64,000 nt of DNA from an uncultured delta proteobacterium (GTDB lineage Bacteria; Desulfobacterota; Desulfomonilia; UBA1062): assembly GCA_963752595.1 (NCBI GenBank), contig CAVVYZ010000005.1:288001-352000 (forward strand). Direction: 5' to 3'. Of the stretch, positions 1-11,682 are shown in pieces (position 1 is the first letter of the stretch; each line of letters starts with the position of its first letter). The notes beneath the pieces are model-generated. The model saw only the letters and a list, made by a program, of their open reading frames with translations, did no database searches and was not told the origin of the DNA. A program made the position numbers and the translations under genes.

Positions 1-1801
1 GCGTAAGCTCGTTGAGGAGGGAAACACACCCGGCCTTCGCATCGGCGGCCACCCCCTGCCGCTCGAGGATCGCGCCCGCCTCTTCAGGCGTCAGCGTGCC
101 CAGCGAAGATCCGAAACGCCGGTTGAAATACTCGCGGCTCGCGCTCAACAGATCCTCTGCTGCCACCTGCTCAGAAGAACACTGTCTCATAAAATGCCTC
201 AATGCACCTTTTGATTTGGCCTGCTCTTCATACTTCCGCGAGGGATTCATCCATCTCTTGGCTCCATACCCCCCGAGATACAGAAACGGCGGCACCACGA
301 TCAAAAGCCAGAGCACTGCAGGATCCGGCATGGTCCCGTTGCTGAAACGCAATGTATCCAGGTCGGTATGCACGGGCAGGATGTCTCTTCCCACCTCCTC
401 GACCTCTCTCTTTACTTTTCCCGCCTGAGCGGCCTGCGGCGGGAGGCCGGGGGGCGCCTGCTGCGCTGCCTGCCCCGAAGAACCGGGCCGCACGGTCAGC
501 GTATAAGGCGGGGTCCGGATCATCCGGTAGGCCTTGGCTTGTGTATCGAAATAGGTGAGCACGAGCGGAGGGATCTCATAGGTGCCCTCCTTCTGCGGGA
601 CAAACGCCCACTTCATGGTTTTGACGCCTTTGTACCCCTGGGCGTCCGTTTCTATCTGAATCGCGGGCTTGTCGGCATAGGTCTTGACGCCTTGAATATC
701 CGGGACAGTCAGGTCCGGGATCCTGCTTACGTTTCCCCTTCCCTCTATGGTGACGGTGAAAGACGCGGTATCTCCGGTGGAAATCATATCCTTATCCAGC
801 CCTGATTGCATCGTATACCGGCCGAGAAGGGAACTGAAATCTGCAGGCCTTCCCTCCGAAGGAAGAGGATACACGTTCAGCTCCAGGGGATTGCTCGCCA
901 CGGTTTTCTGCTGCGGGGCAGAGATGCTGAAGAACGGATCACCATAGGGAAAGGCTCTCTGTCTGCCGGCCTGCTCATACACGGCCATGTTCATGGTCGC
1001 AGGCGGAAGCTTGAACCTTCCCTTTGACAGGGGCACGACCTCATGCCGCACCTCCAAGACCTGGTACGGCTGCCCGTTGATATTCGTCACGTATTCGAGG
1101 GGCTCACCGATCTTTTTAAAGGTAAACGCAGGGTTGTCCGGGATATCGAGGGAGAGGTTGCTCACCTTGACGAGCCGGTAGAGCTTGACGGTGTAGATAG
1201 CCGGCTCCTCTGCATACACCGCCTTCTTCGACAGCTCGGCCCTGAGGAAAACCGGGCCCTCTGCACGGGCTTCTTCACCCTCCCCGCCCCTTGCGACGTC
1301 CCGCACGGTGAGCGTAACGCTATTGCTCCGGAATACCGAAGACCCGTCGCGAACCTCTGCAGGGCCTATCTTGTAGGTGCCGGTCGCCTTGGCCTGGATA
1401 AAGTAGATATATTCGGTATACGAGCTCTTGCTGAAATTGATGATCTCGATGTGGCTCGAGGTTCCTCCTTCGCTGACGGAAAATCCCTGGAGCCCCTGGA
1501 TCCGGGGAGGGGAATCGAGTGAGCCGGCGCCGCTCACCCTGAGACGGAGCGTGACGCTGTCCCCGAACGCGGCTTCCGGCCGGTCGAGCATAAGCTGAAC
1601 CGAGGTCTGGGCCATGCTGCACAAGGGGAAGAGCGCCAGCAGGAGAAGGGCAAGACATGCAATCTTTATATCTTTTCTCCTGTGCTTACTTATTACGTAT
1701 GCCTTATCATTCAGCGAGAGCGGGGAATCCGATCCTCCGGCGAACTGCCGGACCTTTTTCTCCCTGGAAGTGACGGCCTGCATACACACCCCGGTTTTCA
1801 T
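1..1801 (-). CDS. batD: BatD family protein (oxygen-tolerance/Ig-like domains), runs off the window start
   Basis: Read manually on the minus strand; absent from the ORF track because there is no stop in the window. Signal-peptide-like LALLLLALFPLCSMA, then GTYKIGPAEV, SNPLELNVYPLP, IEGKGNV, KWAFVPQKEGTYEIPPLVLTYFD and a C-terminal TM segment. Follows batABC. Confidence 0.8.
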   Translation of the reverse strand, partial: MKTGVCMQAVTSREKKVRQFAGGSDSPLSLNDKAYVISKHRRKDIKIACLALLLLALFPLCSMAQTSVQLMLDRPEAAFGDSVTLRLRVSGAGSLDSPPRIQGLQGFSVSEGGTSSHIEIINFSKSSYTEYIYFIQAKATGTYKIGPAEVRDGSSVFRSNSVTLTVRDVARGGEGEEARAEGPVFLRAELSKKAVYAEEPAIYTVKLYRLVKVSNLSLDIPDNPAFTFKKIGEPLEYVTNINGQPYQVLEVRHEVVPLSKGRFKLPPATMNMAVYEQAGRQRAFPYGDPFFSISAPQQKTVASNPLELNVYPLPSEGRPADFSSLLGRYTMQSGLDKDMISTGDTASFTVTIEGRGNVSRIPDLTVPDIQGVKTYADKPAIQIETDAQGYKGVKTMKWAFVPQKEGTYEIPPLVLTYFDTQAKAYRMIRTPPYTLTVRPGSSGQAAQQAPPGLPPQAAQAGKVKREVEEVGRDILPVHTDLDTLRFSNGTMPDPAVLWLLIVVPPFLYLGGYGAKRWMNPSRKYEEQAKSKGALRHFMRQCSSEQVAAEDLLSASREYFNRRFGSSLGTLTPEEAGAILERQGVAADAKAGCVSLLNELT

Positions 1802-1802
1802 A

Positions 1803-2744
1803 CTACCATTCCTTCCCCGAACCCACGACACTGCGGCCGTCTTGCGCCCCCTGGAGCCGGTTCAATCGCGCCCTGTTCTCGTTGATATTATTGAGCAGGG
1901 CCTCTGCCTTCTTTCTTTCCATCATGGCTGCACTGTTTCCTGCCTGGCCGGTGCCCTGTGCTTCTGATGCTGTTCCCATGTTCTTCCCTTTCAGCTCGCC
2001 GTTTAAGCCCTGTTTATCTTGTCCGGCCTTATTCTGCTGCCCGGACCGGCTTCCCTGGTTCTGGTCCGGCTTCTGCGCGGAAGACCCCCCCTGATTCTCA
2101 TCGCCTTTGTTCTCAGGCTTTCCCTGCTGCCTGGATTGTTCCGGACCCTGCTTTGTGCCCTGGTCCTTGCCCTGGCTGTTCGGGCCTTTATCTTGGGATT
2201 TGTCTCCTTGCTGCTTCGGGTTGTCTTTTTGAGACCCGCCGTCCTGCTTCTGGTCCTTTGAAGATTCCTGCTGCTTTTTCAGGGCCTTCATGGCAAGCTC
2301 CAGGTTATGCCTCGTATCCGCATCATCGGTGCGGATACGCAGGGCTTGTTTGTAATAATCCCTGGCCGCAGCGAAATCATTCTGCTTATACGACGTATTC
2401 CCGAGATTATACAGGCCCCGGAAACGCATATCGTCATCCGAAGAGCGACGCACCACGCTCGTAAAGGCAGCCCTGGCGGCATCGAAGCTTCCGGACCGGA
2501 ATGCTGCACACCCCCGGTTGTAGCGGAACTTCAGATCGTCCGGCTTGTCCATGTCGAGTTTCAGGTAGGCTTGTTCCGCCTCCTTGTACTTGCCTTTTGC
2601 ATAGAGTCCGTCGGGATTCTCCGTCGCGAAGAGGGGCTTCGGGAAGACACCCGGAATAGGGAGTAGAAATAAGAAGATATAGACGACCAGTGTCTTTGTC
2701 ATAATGCCCCATCTCTTCATCATGACTGCCGGTCCTTTCTCCAT
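1803..2744 (-). CDS. batC: BatC-like TPR protein with Q/G/K-rich low-complexity linker
   Basis: TPR motifs YNRGCAAFR, YNLGNTSYKQ, DADTRHNLELA; long Gln/Gly-rich tract; C-terminal KEW; position in the bat operon. Confidence 0.75.
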   Translation of the reverse strand: MEKGPAVMMKRWGIMTKTLVVYIFLFLLPIPGVFPKPLFATENPDGLYAKGKYKEAEQAYLKLDMDKPDDLKFRYNRGCAAFRSGSFDAARAAFTSVVRRSSDDDMRFRGLYNLGNTSYKQNDFAAARDYYKQALRIRTDDADTRHNLELAMKALKKQQESSKDQKQDGGSQKDNPKQQGDKSQDKGPNSQGKDQGTKQGPEQSRQQGKPENKGDENQGGSSAQKPDQNQGSRSGQQNKAGQDKQGLNGELKGKNMGTASEAQGTGQAGNSAAMMERKKAEALLNNINENRARLNRLQGAQDGRSVVGSGKEW

Positions 2745-3724
2745 GCTATGACCTGTTCGAGCAGGAGCAGGATGAATGCAGCGATGACGAAGATCTGGAA
2801 CCTCTCTTCGAATACCTGCACTTTCTTTGTCCCCAGCTCTTGAGCCGTCGTGGACGTCTTGATGCCTGCAAAATACAGGAGGTCGAGATCCAGGTCCCCG
2901 GTGACGGATCGCACGTACTTTCCGCTCGTCAGCGATGCGATAGTACTCAAGCCCTTTTCATCGAGCCTGGACATGACGATGCCGCCTTTTTCATCCTTCA
3001 TGAAGCCTCCGGCAGCTCCTGCTGCAGGGACCGGTGCACCCTGATCGGATCCTATGCCGTATACATAGATGCCCACACCTTTTGAAGCCGCTTCACGGGC
3101 CGCCTCCACGCCTTTGCCCTCATTGTCCTCGCCGTCGGTGATGAGGATGATAACCTTGTCTGTCGTCGATTTGTAATCAAAGGCCTTGGACGCCGCATCG
3201 ATCGCGGCCCCGAGGTCGGTCCCGGGTACCGGGATGAGGTCGGTATTCAGTTCGCTTAAGAACATATCGATGGCTGCATAATCGAGGGTGAGCGGGCATT
3301 GGACAAAGGCAGCCCCCGAGAAGGCGACAAGCCCCAGCCGGTCCCCTTTGAGCACCCGCAGGAGGTCATACACCTCCCGCTTGGCCCGTTCGAGCCGGTT
3401 GGGCGATAGATCCTGTGCGAGCATGCTGGGCGACGTATCCATTACCACCATGATGTCCACGCCCTTGTGCGTGATTTCCTCATAGTGGGAACCCCACCGG
3501 GGGCCTGCAAGGGCTAAGATCAGGCAGGCAAACGCGGTCACGAAGAAAAGTGCCTTGAGAAATGAACGGCCGCCGGATATTTTTCCGGTGAGCCTTTCCA
3601 GGAGCTCAGGCTCTGCAAAGCGCTCGAACGCCTTTTTCCTGATCCGTGCCTCGATGACCAGTATAAAGCAGATCACGGGTATAAGGGCGAGGAAGCTCAA
3701 CAGCCACGGTCTGGCGATCGTCAC
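2720..3724 (-). CDS. batB: BatB-like VWA domain membrane protein
   Basis: N-terminal TM helices, LALAGPRWG, MIDAS DTSPSM, PNRLERAK, PLTLDY, LITDGED. Confidence 0.85.
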   Translation of the reverse strand: MTIARPWLLSFLALIPVICFILVIEARIRKKAFERFAEPELLERLTGKISGGRSFLKALFFVTAFACLILALAGPRWGSHYEEITHKGVDIMVVMDTSPSMLAQDLSPNRLERAKREVYDLLRVLKGDRLGLVAFSGAAFVQCPLTLDYAAIDMFLSELNTDLIPVPGTDLGAAIDAASKAFDYKSTTDKVIILITDGEDNEGKGVEAAREAASKGVGIYVYGIGSDQGAPVPAAGAAGGFMKDEKGGIVMSRLDEKGLSTIASLTSGKYVRSVTGDLDLDLLYFAGIKTSTTAQELGTKKVQVFEERFQIFVIAAFILLLLEQVIAWRKDRQS

Positions 3725-4719
3725 GGCAGCACCCTCACGACCGTCATTCTCAGGACGAACTCCAGGAGCAGCAGGGCAAGTGCGGGTATGAGGAAGAACA
3801 GGTACAGCTCCCGGTAATGGAAGAATTCCTTGACCTTTACCTCGCTCTTTTCCAGAGAATCGATGATGCCGTAGATCTTCGAGAGCTCGTCGGTGTTGGC
3901 TGCGAGGAAGTACCGGCCCCCGGTCATTGCCGCGATTTCCCGTAAACCGTCTTCATTGAGGTCGACCCGCTGGTAGACGAGCCGGCGGCCGAAGGGGGTA
4001 TCCACGAGAAACGGAGCCTCCCCTTTGCCGCCCACGCCGATGGTATACACCTTGATGCCGAGGGTCTTCAGGGCCTGGGCCGCTTCCTGCGGGGCGACCG
4101 AACCGGTGTTGCTGTTCCCGTCGGTCAGCAGGATCATGACCTTTGAGGGTGCCTTGAGGTCCTTGAGGCGCTTTCCGGCAATGGCAAGGGCCGAGCCGAT
4201 GGCAGTGCTGTCGCCCGCCATCCCGATCTCCATAGCGTCCACCAGGGAAATCAGGAGCCCCTTGTCCATGGTCAGAGGCGCCTGGGTAAAGGCCTCCTGT
4301 CCGAAGACCACGATGCCCATCCGGTCATTGGGGCGCTTCTTGATGAAATCGCTCACCACCTTTTTGACCGCCGTCAACCTGGTGACCGGGTTCCCGTCAA
4401 GCTCGAAATCAAGCGCTGCCATGGAACCGGAGGTATCGAGGCTGAGCATGATATCCACCCCGGGCGAGAGCACCTCCCGGGACACATTGTAAAGCTGGGG
4501 CCTGACAGCGGTGACCATGAGGAGGATGAGAGCAGAGATCCGCAAAAATTCCGGTATCTTCGCCATGAGGTCTCCCGAAGACCCCGATATCCGCGCAAGA
4601 TCAGAGGTGAGCGGAAAAGTGACGCCGGCAGGCCTGCGGAAATACCGGCAGACGAGCCAGGCGGCCAGGATGACGCCCAGGATGATGAGCAGTGCCGGGT
4701 GGGCGAACCGGAACATCAT
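3721..4719 (-). CDS. batA: BatA-like VWA domain membrane protein
   Basis: FRFAHP N-terminus, MIDAS DTSGSM, QAPLT, STAIGSAL, LLTDGNSNTG, TGGRYF. Confidence 0.85.
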   Translation of the reverse strand: MMFRFAHPALLIILGVILAAWLVCRYFRRPAGVTFPLTSDLARISGSSGDLMAKIPEFLRISALILLMVTAVRPQLYNVSREVLSPGVDIMLSLDTSGSMAALDFELDGNPVTRLTAVKKVVSDFIKKRPNDRMGIVVFGQEAFTQAPLTMDKGLLISLVDAMEIGMAGDSTAIGSALAIAGKRLKDLKAPSKVMILLTDGNSNTGSVAPQEAAQALKTLGIKVYTIGVGGKGEAPFLVDTPFGRRLVYQRVDLNEDGLREIAAMTGGRYFLAANTDELSKIYGIIDSLEKSEVKVKEFFHYRELYLFFLIPALALLLLEFVLRMTVVRVLP

Positions 4720-5648
4720 CCTTTTATCCCTCCCTGCATTTCCTTGCTTTCTCCCTCGCCTTCCTCCTGTGCGGTCACGTTGATATAGGCGAGGAAGCAG
4801 GCTATATCCTCATCCTTCCGGTGGGGGGTCGCCGTCCCATCGGCGAATTTCACAAGGTCTGCGAATTTAAGCACCGTCAGGATCGGCCTGTCCTGCTCAA
4901 GGATACGCTGGGCAATCTCTTCGGTGGTGTACTCTGCCGCCGGGAACCCTCTCACCGCCTCGAGGTAGCGCTTGATGATCTCGGTCAACCGGAAGTAGAA
5001 CTCCTTGTAATACCCCTTTTCGAACAGGTTTTCCCTGAGCAGGGCCTCGACCTCCTTCTCGGCCCTGATATGGGGCGGCTCCGAAGGCACCTGGAGGTCA
5101 CTTTTCCTTCTCCATCTCTTCCATGCAAAGATAAGCACGGCCACGGCCGCACAGACAAGAAGCACCATCCCTACCCTGACGGCCCAGGTTATCCAGGGGC
5201 TCCGGATCGGAATGATGTCCCTGATGGGTCGCAAGGCCTCGGCATCCGTGCCCCCTTTCATGTTCGAAACGACCTTGACCGTGACCGCTTCCGACCGCAC
5301 GTATCCCTTTTTTCCCTCTTTATCAATGAAGCCGAGCTCGACAGGGCCTATCTTCAACGGCTCCAGGGTATCTGCAATGATTGTAAGGACGATCTTTTTC
5401 CCGGCAACCTTTTTTTCGACCACGCTCAAAGACTCCATCCCGCGGATCTCGGGCTTATCCCCCGTCTTCGCGCCTTCGGGAAGGAAGTAATGCAAGGTCA
5501 CCGTCACGGTTCCGCCCACGGCAACAGGAGAAGGCCCGGCAGAGAGGTCCAGACGGGGTGCGTTCGGAGGTGCCTGCATGGCCGGGCACAGCACTGGAAA
5601 GAGAATGAAGGGCAACAGGAGCATCCACAGATACATGCGGCTATGCAT
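4716..5648 (-). CDS. Bat-operon membrane protein (DUF4381-like)
   Basis: Signal peptide, LRPIRDI followed by a TM helix, KEFYFRLTEIIKRYLE, TTEEI, ADLVKFA; the usual gene between DUF58 and batA. Confidence 0.7.
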   Translation of the reverse strand: MHSRMYLWMLLLPFILFPVLCPAMQAPPNAPRLDLSAGPSPVAVGGTVTVTLHYFLPEGAKTGDKPEIRGMESLSVVEKKVAGKKIVLTIIADTLEPLKIGPVELGFIDKEGKKGYVRSEAVTVKVVSNMKGGTDAEALRPIRDIIPIRSPWITWAVRVGMVLLVCAAVAVLIFAWKRWRRKSDLQVPSEPPHIRAEKEVEALLRENLFEKGYYKEFYFRLTEIIKRYLEAVRGFPAAEYTTEEIAQRILEQDRPILTVLKFADLVKFADGTATPHRKDEDIACFLAYINVTAQEEGEGESKEMQGGIKG

Positions 5649-6523
5649 TCAATCTCTTTCTCCTCCGGTCGAACAGCCGCAGCAGCGGCTCGACTACATC
5701 CCCGGATGTGCTGATATCCACGAGATCCACGCCGATGCCTGCAAGCATCCGTTTTAAGTGTTCTTTCCGATCCTTCCGATCTTCTTCGAATTGTTTCCTG
5801 ATGCGGGCGCTGCCGGTGTTGACCGTGGCGATCTCGCCGGTCTCGGGGTCCTGCAGGGTAATGAACCCCACATCCGGGAGTGTTTCCTCGGCCGGATCGG
5901 TGATGCGGAGCACCGTGAGGTCGTGCTTTCTGGCAGTGAGCCGGATGGACTTCTCGAATCCCTCATCCATGCAGTCCGATATGAGGAACACGATCGCATG
6001 CCTTTTGACCGCCTTGTTCAGGAAATCAAGGGCATTATCGATATCCGTTGCAGGGCTTGCCGGCTCAAAAGTGAAGATCTCCTTGATCATCCGCCACACA
6101 TGCTTGCGACCCTTTCCTCGGCGGCAGGAACTTTTCAACTGTGGAGCTGAACAGGAGGGAGCCCACACGGTCGTTGGTGCGGATCGCCAGGAATGCGAGC
6201 ATGCCCGCCACCTCGGCCAGCAGTTCCCGCTTGAACCGTGATCTGCTGCCGAAGAGGTGGGATTTCGAAAGGTCGAGGACCAGCATCAGCGTCAGCTCCC
6301 GCTCCTCATGGAACACCTTCACAAAGGGGTGGCCGAACCGGGCGGAGACGTTCCAGTCAATGGTCCTGATATCGTCGCCCACCTGGTATTCCCTCACCTC
6401 GGCAAACTCGATGCCCTGGCCCTTGAAGGCGCTCTCGTACCGGCCTGCGAATATCTCGTTCGCCAGGTGTCTGGTCTTGAAGTGAAACTTTTGGATCTTG
6501 GCGAGGATCTCCGGGGGGAGCAT
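5641..6523 (-). CDS. DUF58 family protein (MoxR-associated), frameshifted near 6115
   Basis: GIEFAEVREYQVGDDIRTIDWNVSAR in ORF 6065..6523 continues as RKHVWRMI...FLISD in ORF 5641..6168; an extra G in a G-run joins the frames. Confidence 0.85.
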
Positions 6524-6524
6524 C

Positions 6525-7505
<981 letters not shown>

Positions 7506-7537
7506 GCTTTTTAACCTCCCAGATGCTGAGCGTCTCT

Positions 7538-7565
7538 TTTATAGCTCCTGAAGAAAATTTTTCAA
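7538..7565 (-). promoter_or_regulatory. Putative sigma-70/sigma-32-type promoter of the moxR-bat operon
   Basis: Minus strand (C)TTGAAA-N16-TATAAA, about 35 nt before the moxR ATG and its GGAGG RBS. Confidence 0.35.
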
Positions 7566-7643
7566 GCCCTTTTTCATCAGCACCCTCAACATCAGGAGCC
7601 GTTCTTCCGATCCGTGTAATCAATATGTAGGTTATTGCCATAG

Positions 7644-10496
7644 GTGCATAATTTCTGCAATCCCACGGCAATAATCCTGATGCAAAGGGATTGGGAGCTG
7701 GTGAGCGGAAAGATACCTCGGAAGAAAAGCGGCCCGGTTAAGCAGGGTGTTGCCGGGCCGATAACAGGATCACAGATACAGCTGCCCCAGCTCATCGACT
7801 TTCTCCCGGACCCCACCTTTGCCGTTGACCGAATGGGGTCGGTTATCGCCTGGAACAAGGCTATGGAAACACTGACCGGTGTCAACGCAACCCGTATGCT
7901 GGGGAAGAAAAATCCGGTTTACTCGAAGATCTTCTACGGTACGGTACGCCCTATGCTCGTCGATCTCATCCTCCACGGAGACAAAGAAGCCGAGGAAAGA
8001 TATGCCGATATCGAGCGAAGCGGTGATGTCCTCCTTGCCAAGGTGGATCTCGAATCACCCGGCCGGGCTTTAAACCTCTGGGCCAATGCAAGCCCCATCT
8101 ACGATACAGCGGGTGCCGTGGTCGGAGCCATCGAATCCATACGGGACATTACGGAAAAGAAACGCATCGAAGGGGATCTGCACCGGAGCGAAGAGATATA
8201 CCGGGTCATCTTTGAAAATACCGGCTCATCGACCGTGATCATCGAAGAAGACACAACCATCTCCATAGTGAATTCCGAGTTCGAGAAACTCTCGGGCTAC
8301 AATCGCTTGGAGATCGAAGGGATCATGAGCTGGCAGTCCTTTGTAGTGGAGGAAGACCTCAAGCGCATGGCCGCCCGGCACCGGAAGAGGAGAAAAGATA
8401 AAAACAAGGCCCTGAAAAACTACCAATTCCGTTTCCGGGACAGATTCGGGGTGATCAAGGATGTTTCCCTGACCGTTGACATGCTCTCCGGGACACGGAA
8501 GTCCGTTGCCTCACTGCTCGATATAACCGAGAGAAAGGGTGGGAGAAGACCTGAAGGCAAGCGAAGCAAAATACCGTGATATCTTTGAAAATGTATCCGA
8601 CTTCCTCTATTTTCACGGTCCGGATGGCAGGTTTATCGAGTCTAACATGTCCCTCAAAGGGGAATACGGGTATTCACGAGAGGATATCCAGACGATGACC
8701 ATCAGAGATCTCCTGCCTGATCGCTTCAAACCTTTGTTCAAGGATTATCTTGAGCGCGTGCTTTCCCATGGGAAAGACGAGGGTGTCATGAGCATTCTGA
8801 CCAAGCAGGGCGAGCACCGCATCCTTGAGTACAAGAATGCACTGGTTCGCAACGAGCACGGCAACCCGTCATGTATTCGGGGATCTGCACGTGATATCAC
8901 CGAACGCATCAATACCGAGCGCGAGCTCCGGAAAAGTGAACAGCTCTACCGTCTGCTTGCGGAAAACATCCGTGACGTCATCTGGGTACTGGACCTGAAC
9001 CTGAAGTATGAATATATCAGCCCTTCAGTAGAGAGACTCAGGGGATATACGGGCGAGGAGACTATGGCTCAGACGCTCCAGGATATCCTCACGCCGGAGT
9101 CATTTGCGATAGCAGCGAAAGCCCTCGCCGAGGAACTTGCTCAGGAGATGGCAGGCAGGAGGCACGATCCGTACTGGTCCAGGATTCTCGAGCTTGAAAT
9201 GGTCCGTAAAGACAAGTCGCCCATCTGGACAGAAGTGACTGCAAGTTTTTTGCGTGACAAAGAAGGGAATCCTAAGCATTTCCTCGGAATCACCCATGAC
9301 ATCACAGAGCGGAAAAAGGCCGAGGAAGAAAGGCAGATCTATGAAGCACGGCTCATGCGCGCTCAGAAGCTGGAGGCCATCGGCACGCTCGCCGGCGGGA
9401 TCGCCCATGACTTCAACAATATCCTATCCGCCATCATCGGCTACGGCGAGCTTGCACTCGACGACATCCCTGATGGGAACCCGGCACTCGGGAGCCTCCA
9501 AGAGGTGCTCAAGGCAGGAGACCGGGCAAAGGACCTCGTGAGCCAGATACTTACCTTCAGCAGGCAGGTCCAGGCTGAAAAAAAGATCGTCAAGATGGGC
9601 ATCATCGTGAAAGAGGCAATGAAACTGCTCAGGTCTTCAATACCGAGCACCATCAGCATTGTCCAGAATATCGACTGGGAAGCCCCTGCGGTATTCGCAG
9701 ACCCCACCCAGATCCACCAGGTGATCATGAACCTGTGCACGAATGCTTATCAGGCCATGATGGACAAAGGAGGGGTCATGACGGTAAGCTTGAGCAAGGT
9801 CGCGGCCGACGAGGCATTCGCTGCGAGTCATCCCCCTCTGAAGCCCGGCACCTGTTTAAAATTCACGGTAAGCGATACCGGATGCGGCATGGATCCCGGG
9901 ATCATAAGCCGGATCTTTGAGCCCTTCTTTACCACAAAGGAAAAAATCAGGGGTACGGGACTCGGTCTTGCCACCGTCCATGGGATCGTTACCGGACTCT
10001 CGGGGACCATCGTTCCGGAAAGCCTGCTCGGGTACGGCAGCACCTTCGATATCTACCTTCCCGGATTCGAGGGAGAAACACAGGAGAAAGCATCCCCCAA
10101 TGAAAATATCCCCAGGGGAAACGGGGAAAGGGTCCTGATTGTCGATGACGAAAGTGCTATTCTCGAGTTCGGGAAAACAATGCTGGAAGGGATGGGATAT
10201 ATGGTAAACACTACCTCTTCAAGCAACTCTGCCCTCGAGCTCTTCAAAAACGACCGTCTGCCTTCGATCTCGTCCTCACGGATCAGACCATGCCGGGGCT
10301 CACCGGAATCCAATTGGCGAAGAGGATCCTGGAAATCCAAAAAGATATTCCCATCATCCTGGTCACCGGCTACAGCGAGACGGTCTCACCCGAGACAGCT
10401 CTGCGACAGGGCATCAGGATATACCTGGAAAAACCCTTCACCAGGAAAGCCCTTGCAACAGCTATTCATCAGGCACTTCACACGCCGCCGGACTGA
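7644..10496 (+). CDS. Multi-PAS hybrid sensor histidine kinase (PAS x4-HisKA-HATPase-REC), frameshifted near 8540 and 10260
   Basis: PAS/PAC repeats ending RDITE/DITER; H-box GGIAHDFNNIL; FFTTK, GTGLGL; REC LIVDDE continuing as DQTMPGLTG...EKPF in ORF 10290..10496. Start uncertain. Confidence 0.85.
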
Positions 10497-10534
10497 TACC
10501 TTGGCTGGTGCGGTAAAATTGCCCGCCCAATACA

Positions 10535-10563
10535 CTTGAAAATTCTCCATTCGGACACTATAT
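10535..10563 (+). promoter_or_regulatory. Possible sigma-32-like promoter upstream of hsp20
   Basis: CTTGAAA-N14-CACTATAT versus RpoH consensus CTTGAAA-N13/14-CCCCATNT; about 350 nt upstream of a small heat-shock gene. Confidence 0.3.
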
Positions 10564-10911
10564 ACTTTCAGCACTTTCGGTTCTCTTTCCTTTCGATGGA
10601 GGCATACACGATCAGTGCAGACCAAAGAAATCTCTCTTAAAGGAAGACCTCTTCATGTCCTTTAAGACACATGCTCCGGAGAGGGCAACGGATGGATAGG
10701 ACATTGCAGCATAGGTCATCGAATATATGCTTCTCTTGCCATGCACCGGCAGTACTGCCTGTGAGGGTCGAGATGAATCGCCCCCGGCAGATCAAACCCA
10801 CCCATCACCACAATGACCTGACTACATTTTCCTTGATCACCCCGCAGCACTTTCCCCGAAGCTCTCGATCACGTATCTCAAGAATACAGAAACAGAGAAG
10901 GAGGATAGCCG

Positions 10912-11430
10912 ATGGCAAATAAATCCTTTCCCGTCAAATCCGATGACGACCCATCCCTGCCCCAAGGCAAGGGTGAAGTTGCCGATTCATTCGATCCTTT
11001 GCAAACGGCTATGAGCCGGTTCATCGATGATTTCTTCACGAGCTTTGACTTGCATCCGTTAAGCGTTTTTGAGGACACGGACAGATTCATCCCCAAGGTC
11101 TCTATCAAGCACGATAAAAAATCCATTACCGTAACTGCAGAGCTTCGCGGACTGCAGGCCGATGATATCGAAATCATCCTCAAATGGGATTCCCTCATCA
11201 TTACAGGCGGGAAAACGAAGGGGAAAGAGCCCAGGACGATCGATTTCATCCAGGGGGAGCCTCATGCAGGGTGTTTCCGGAAGATGATACCTATCCCTTT
11301 TTGCATCGAGTCGAAAGACGTACGAGCGACATTCACCAACGGGGTTCTGCAGATTACGCTGCCGAGGAGGACAGAAGACCATATGGCGAGGTTCCGCATA
11401 CCCATAAAGAAGTCCACGTCCGGCTCCTGA
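10912..11430 (+). CDS. Hsp20/alpha-crystallin small heat-shock protein
   Basis: PKVSI...VTAELRGL...LIITGGK...GCFRKMIPIP...ATFTNGVLQITLPR; AGGAGG RBS. Confidence 0.9.
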   Translation: MANKSFPVKSDDDPSLPQGKGEVADSFDPLQTAMSRFIDDFFTSFDLHPLSVFEDTDRFIPKVSIKHDKKSITVTAELRGLQADDIEIILKWDSLIITGGKTKGKEPRTIDFIQGEPHAGCFRKMIPIPFCIESKDVRATFTNGVLQITLPRRTEDHMARFRIPIKKSTSGS

Positions 11431-11555
11431 CGATGAGACGCTGGTCCGTTGCCCAGCCCGGGTGAGAAAAACGAATAGGGATGCCTCTCAAAAGGACCAT
11501 TCCTCTGAGGAGGAACCTCTTTTTTGCATATCCCATGGCATCGGCGAGATTTATC

Positions 11556-11583
11556 TAAAATTTTCTTCTTCCGGGGCCGATAT
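11556..11583 (+). promoter_or_regulatory. Sigma-28/FliA-like promoter of the sigma-54 activator gene
   Basis: TAAA-N16-GCCGATAT, 100 nt before the GTG start. Confidence 0.55.
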
Positions 11584-11682
11584 ACGGTAAGAAGAGGCAG
11601 AGAGAGTATTACAGAGCCATGTAATCTGCCGTAATCCGTACATAAGGCATGGATGCGCTTCACATTGGAGGGGTGAGTTCAG

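Noticed and set aside
1960-2280. Repetitive Q/G/K-rich tract in batC
   Set aside because: Low-complexity linkers are typical of BatC-type TPR proteins.
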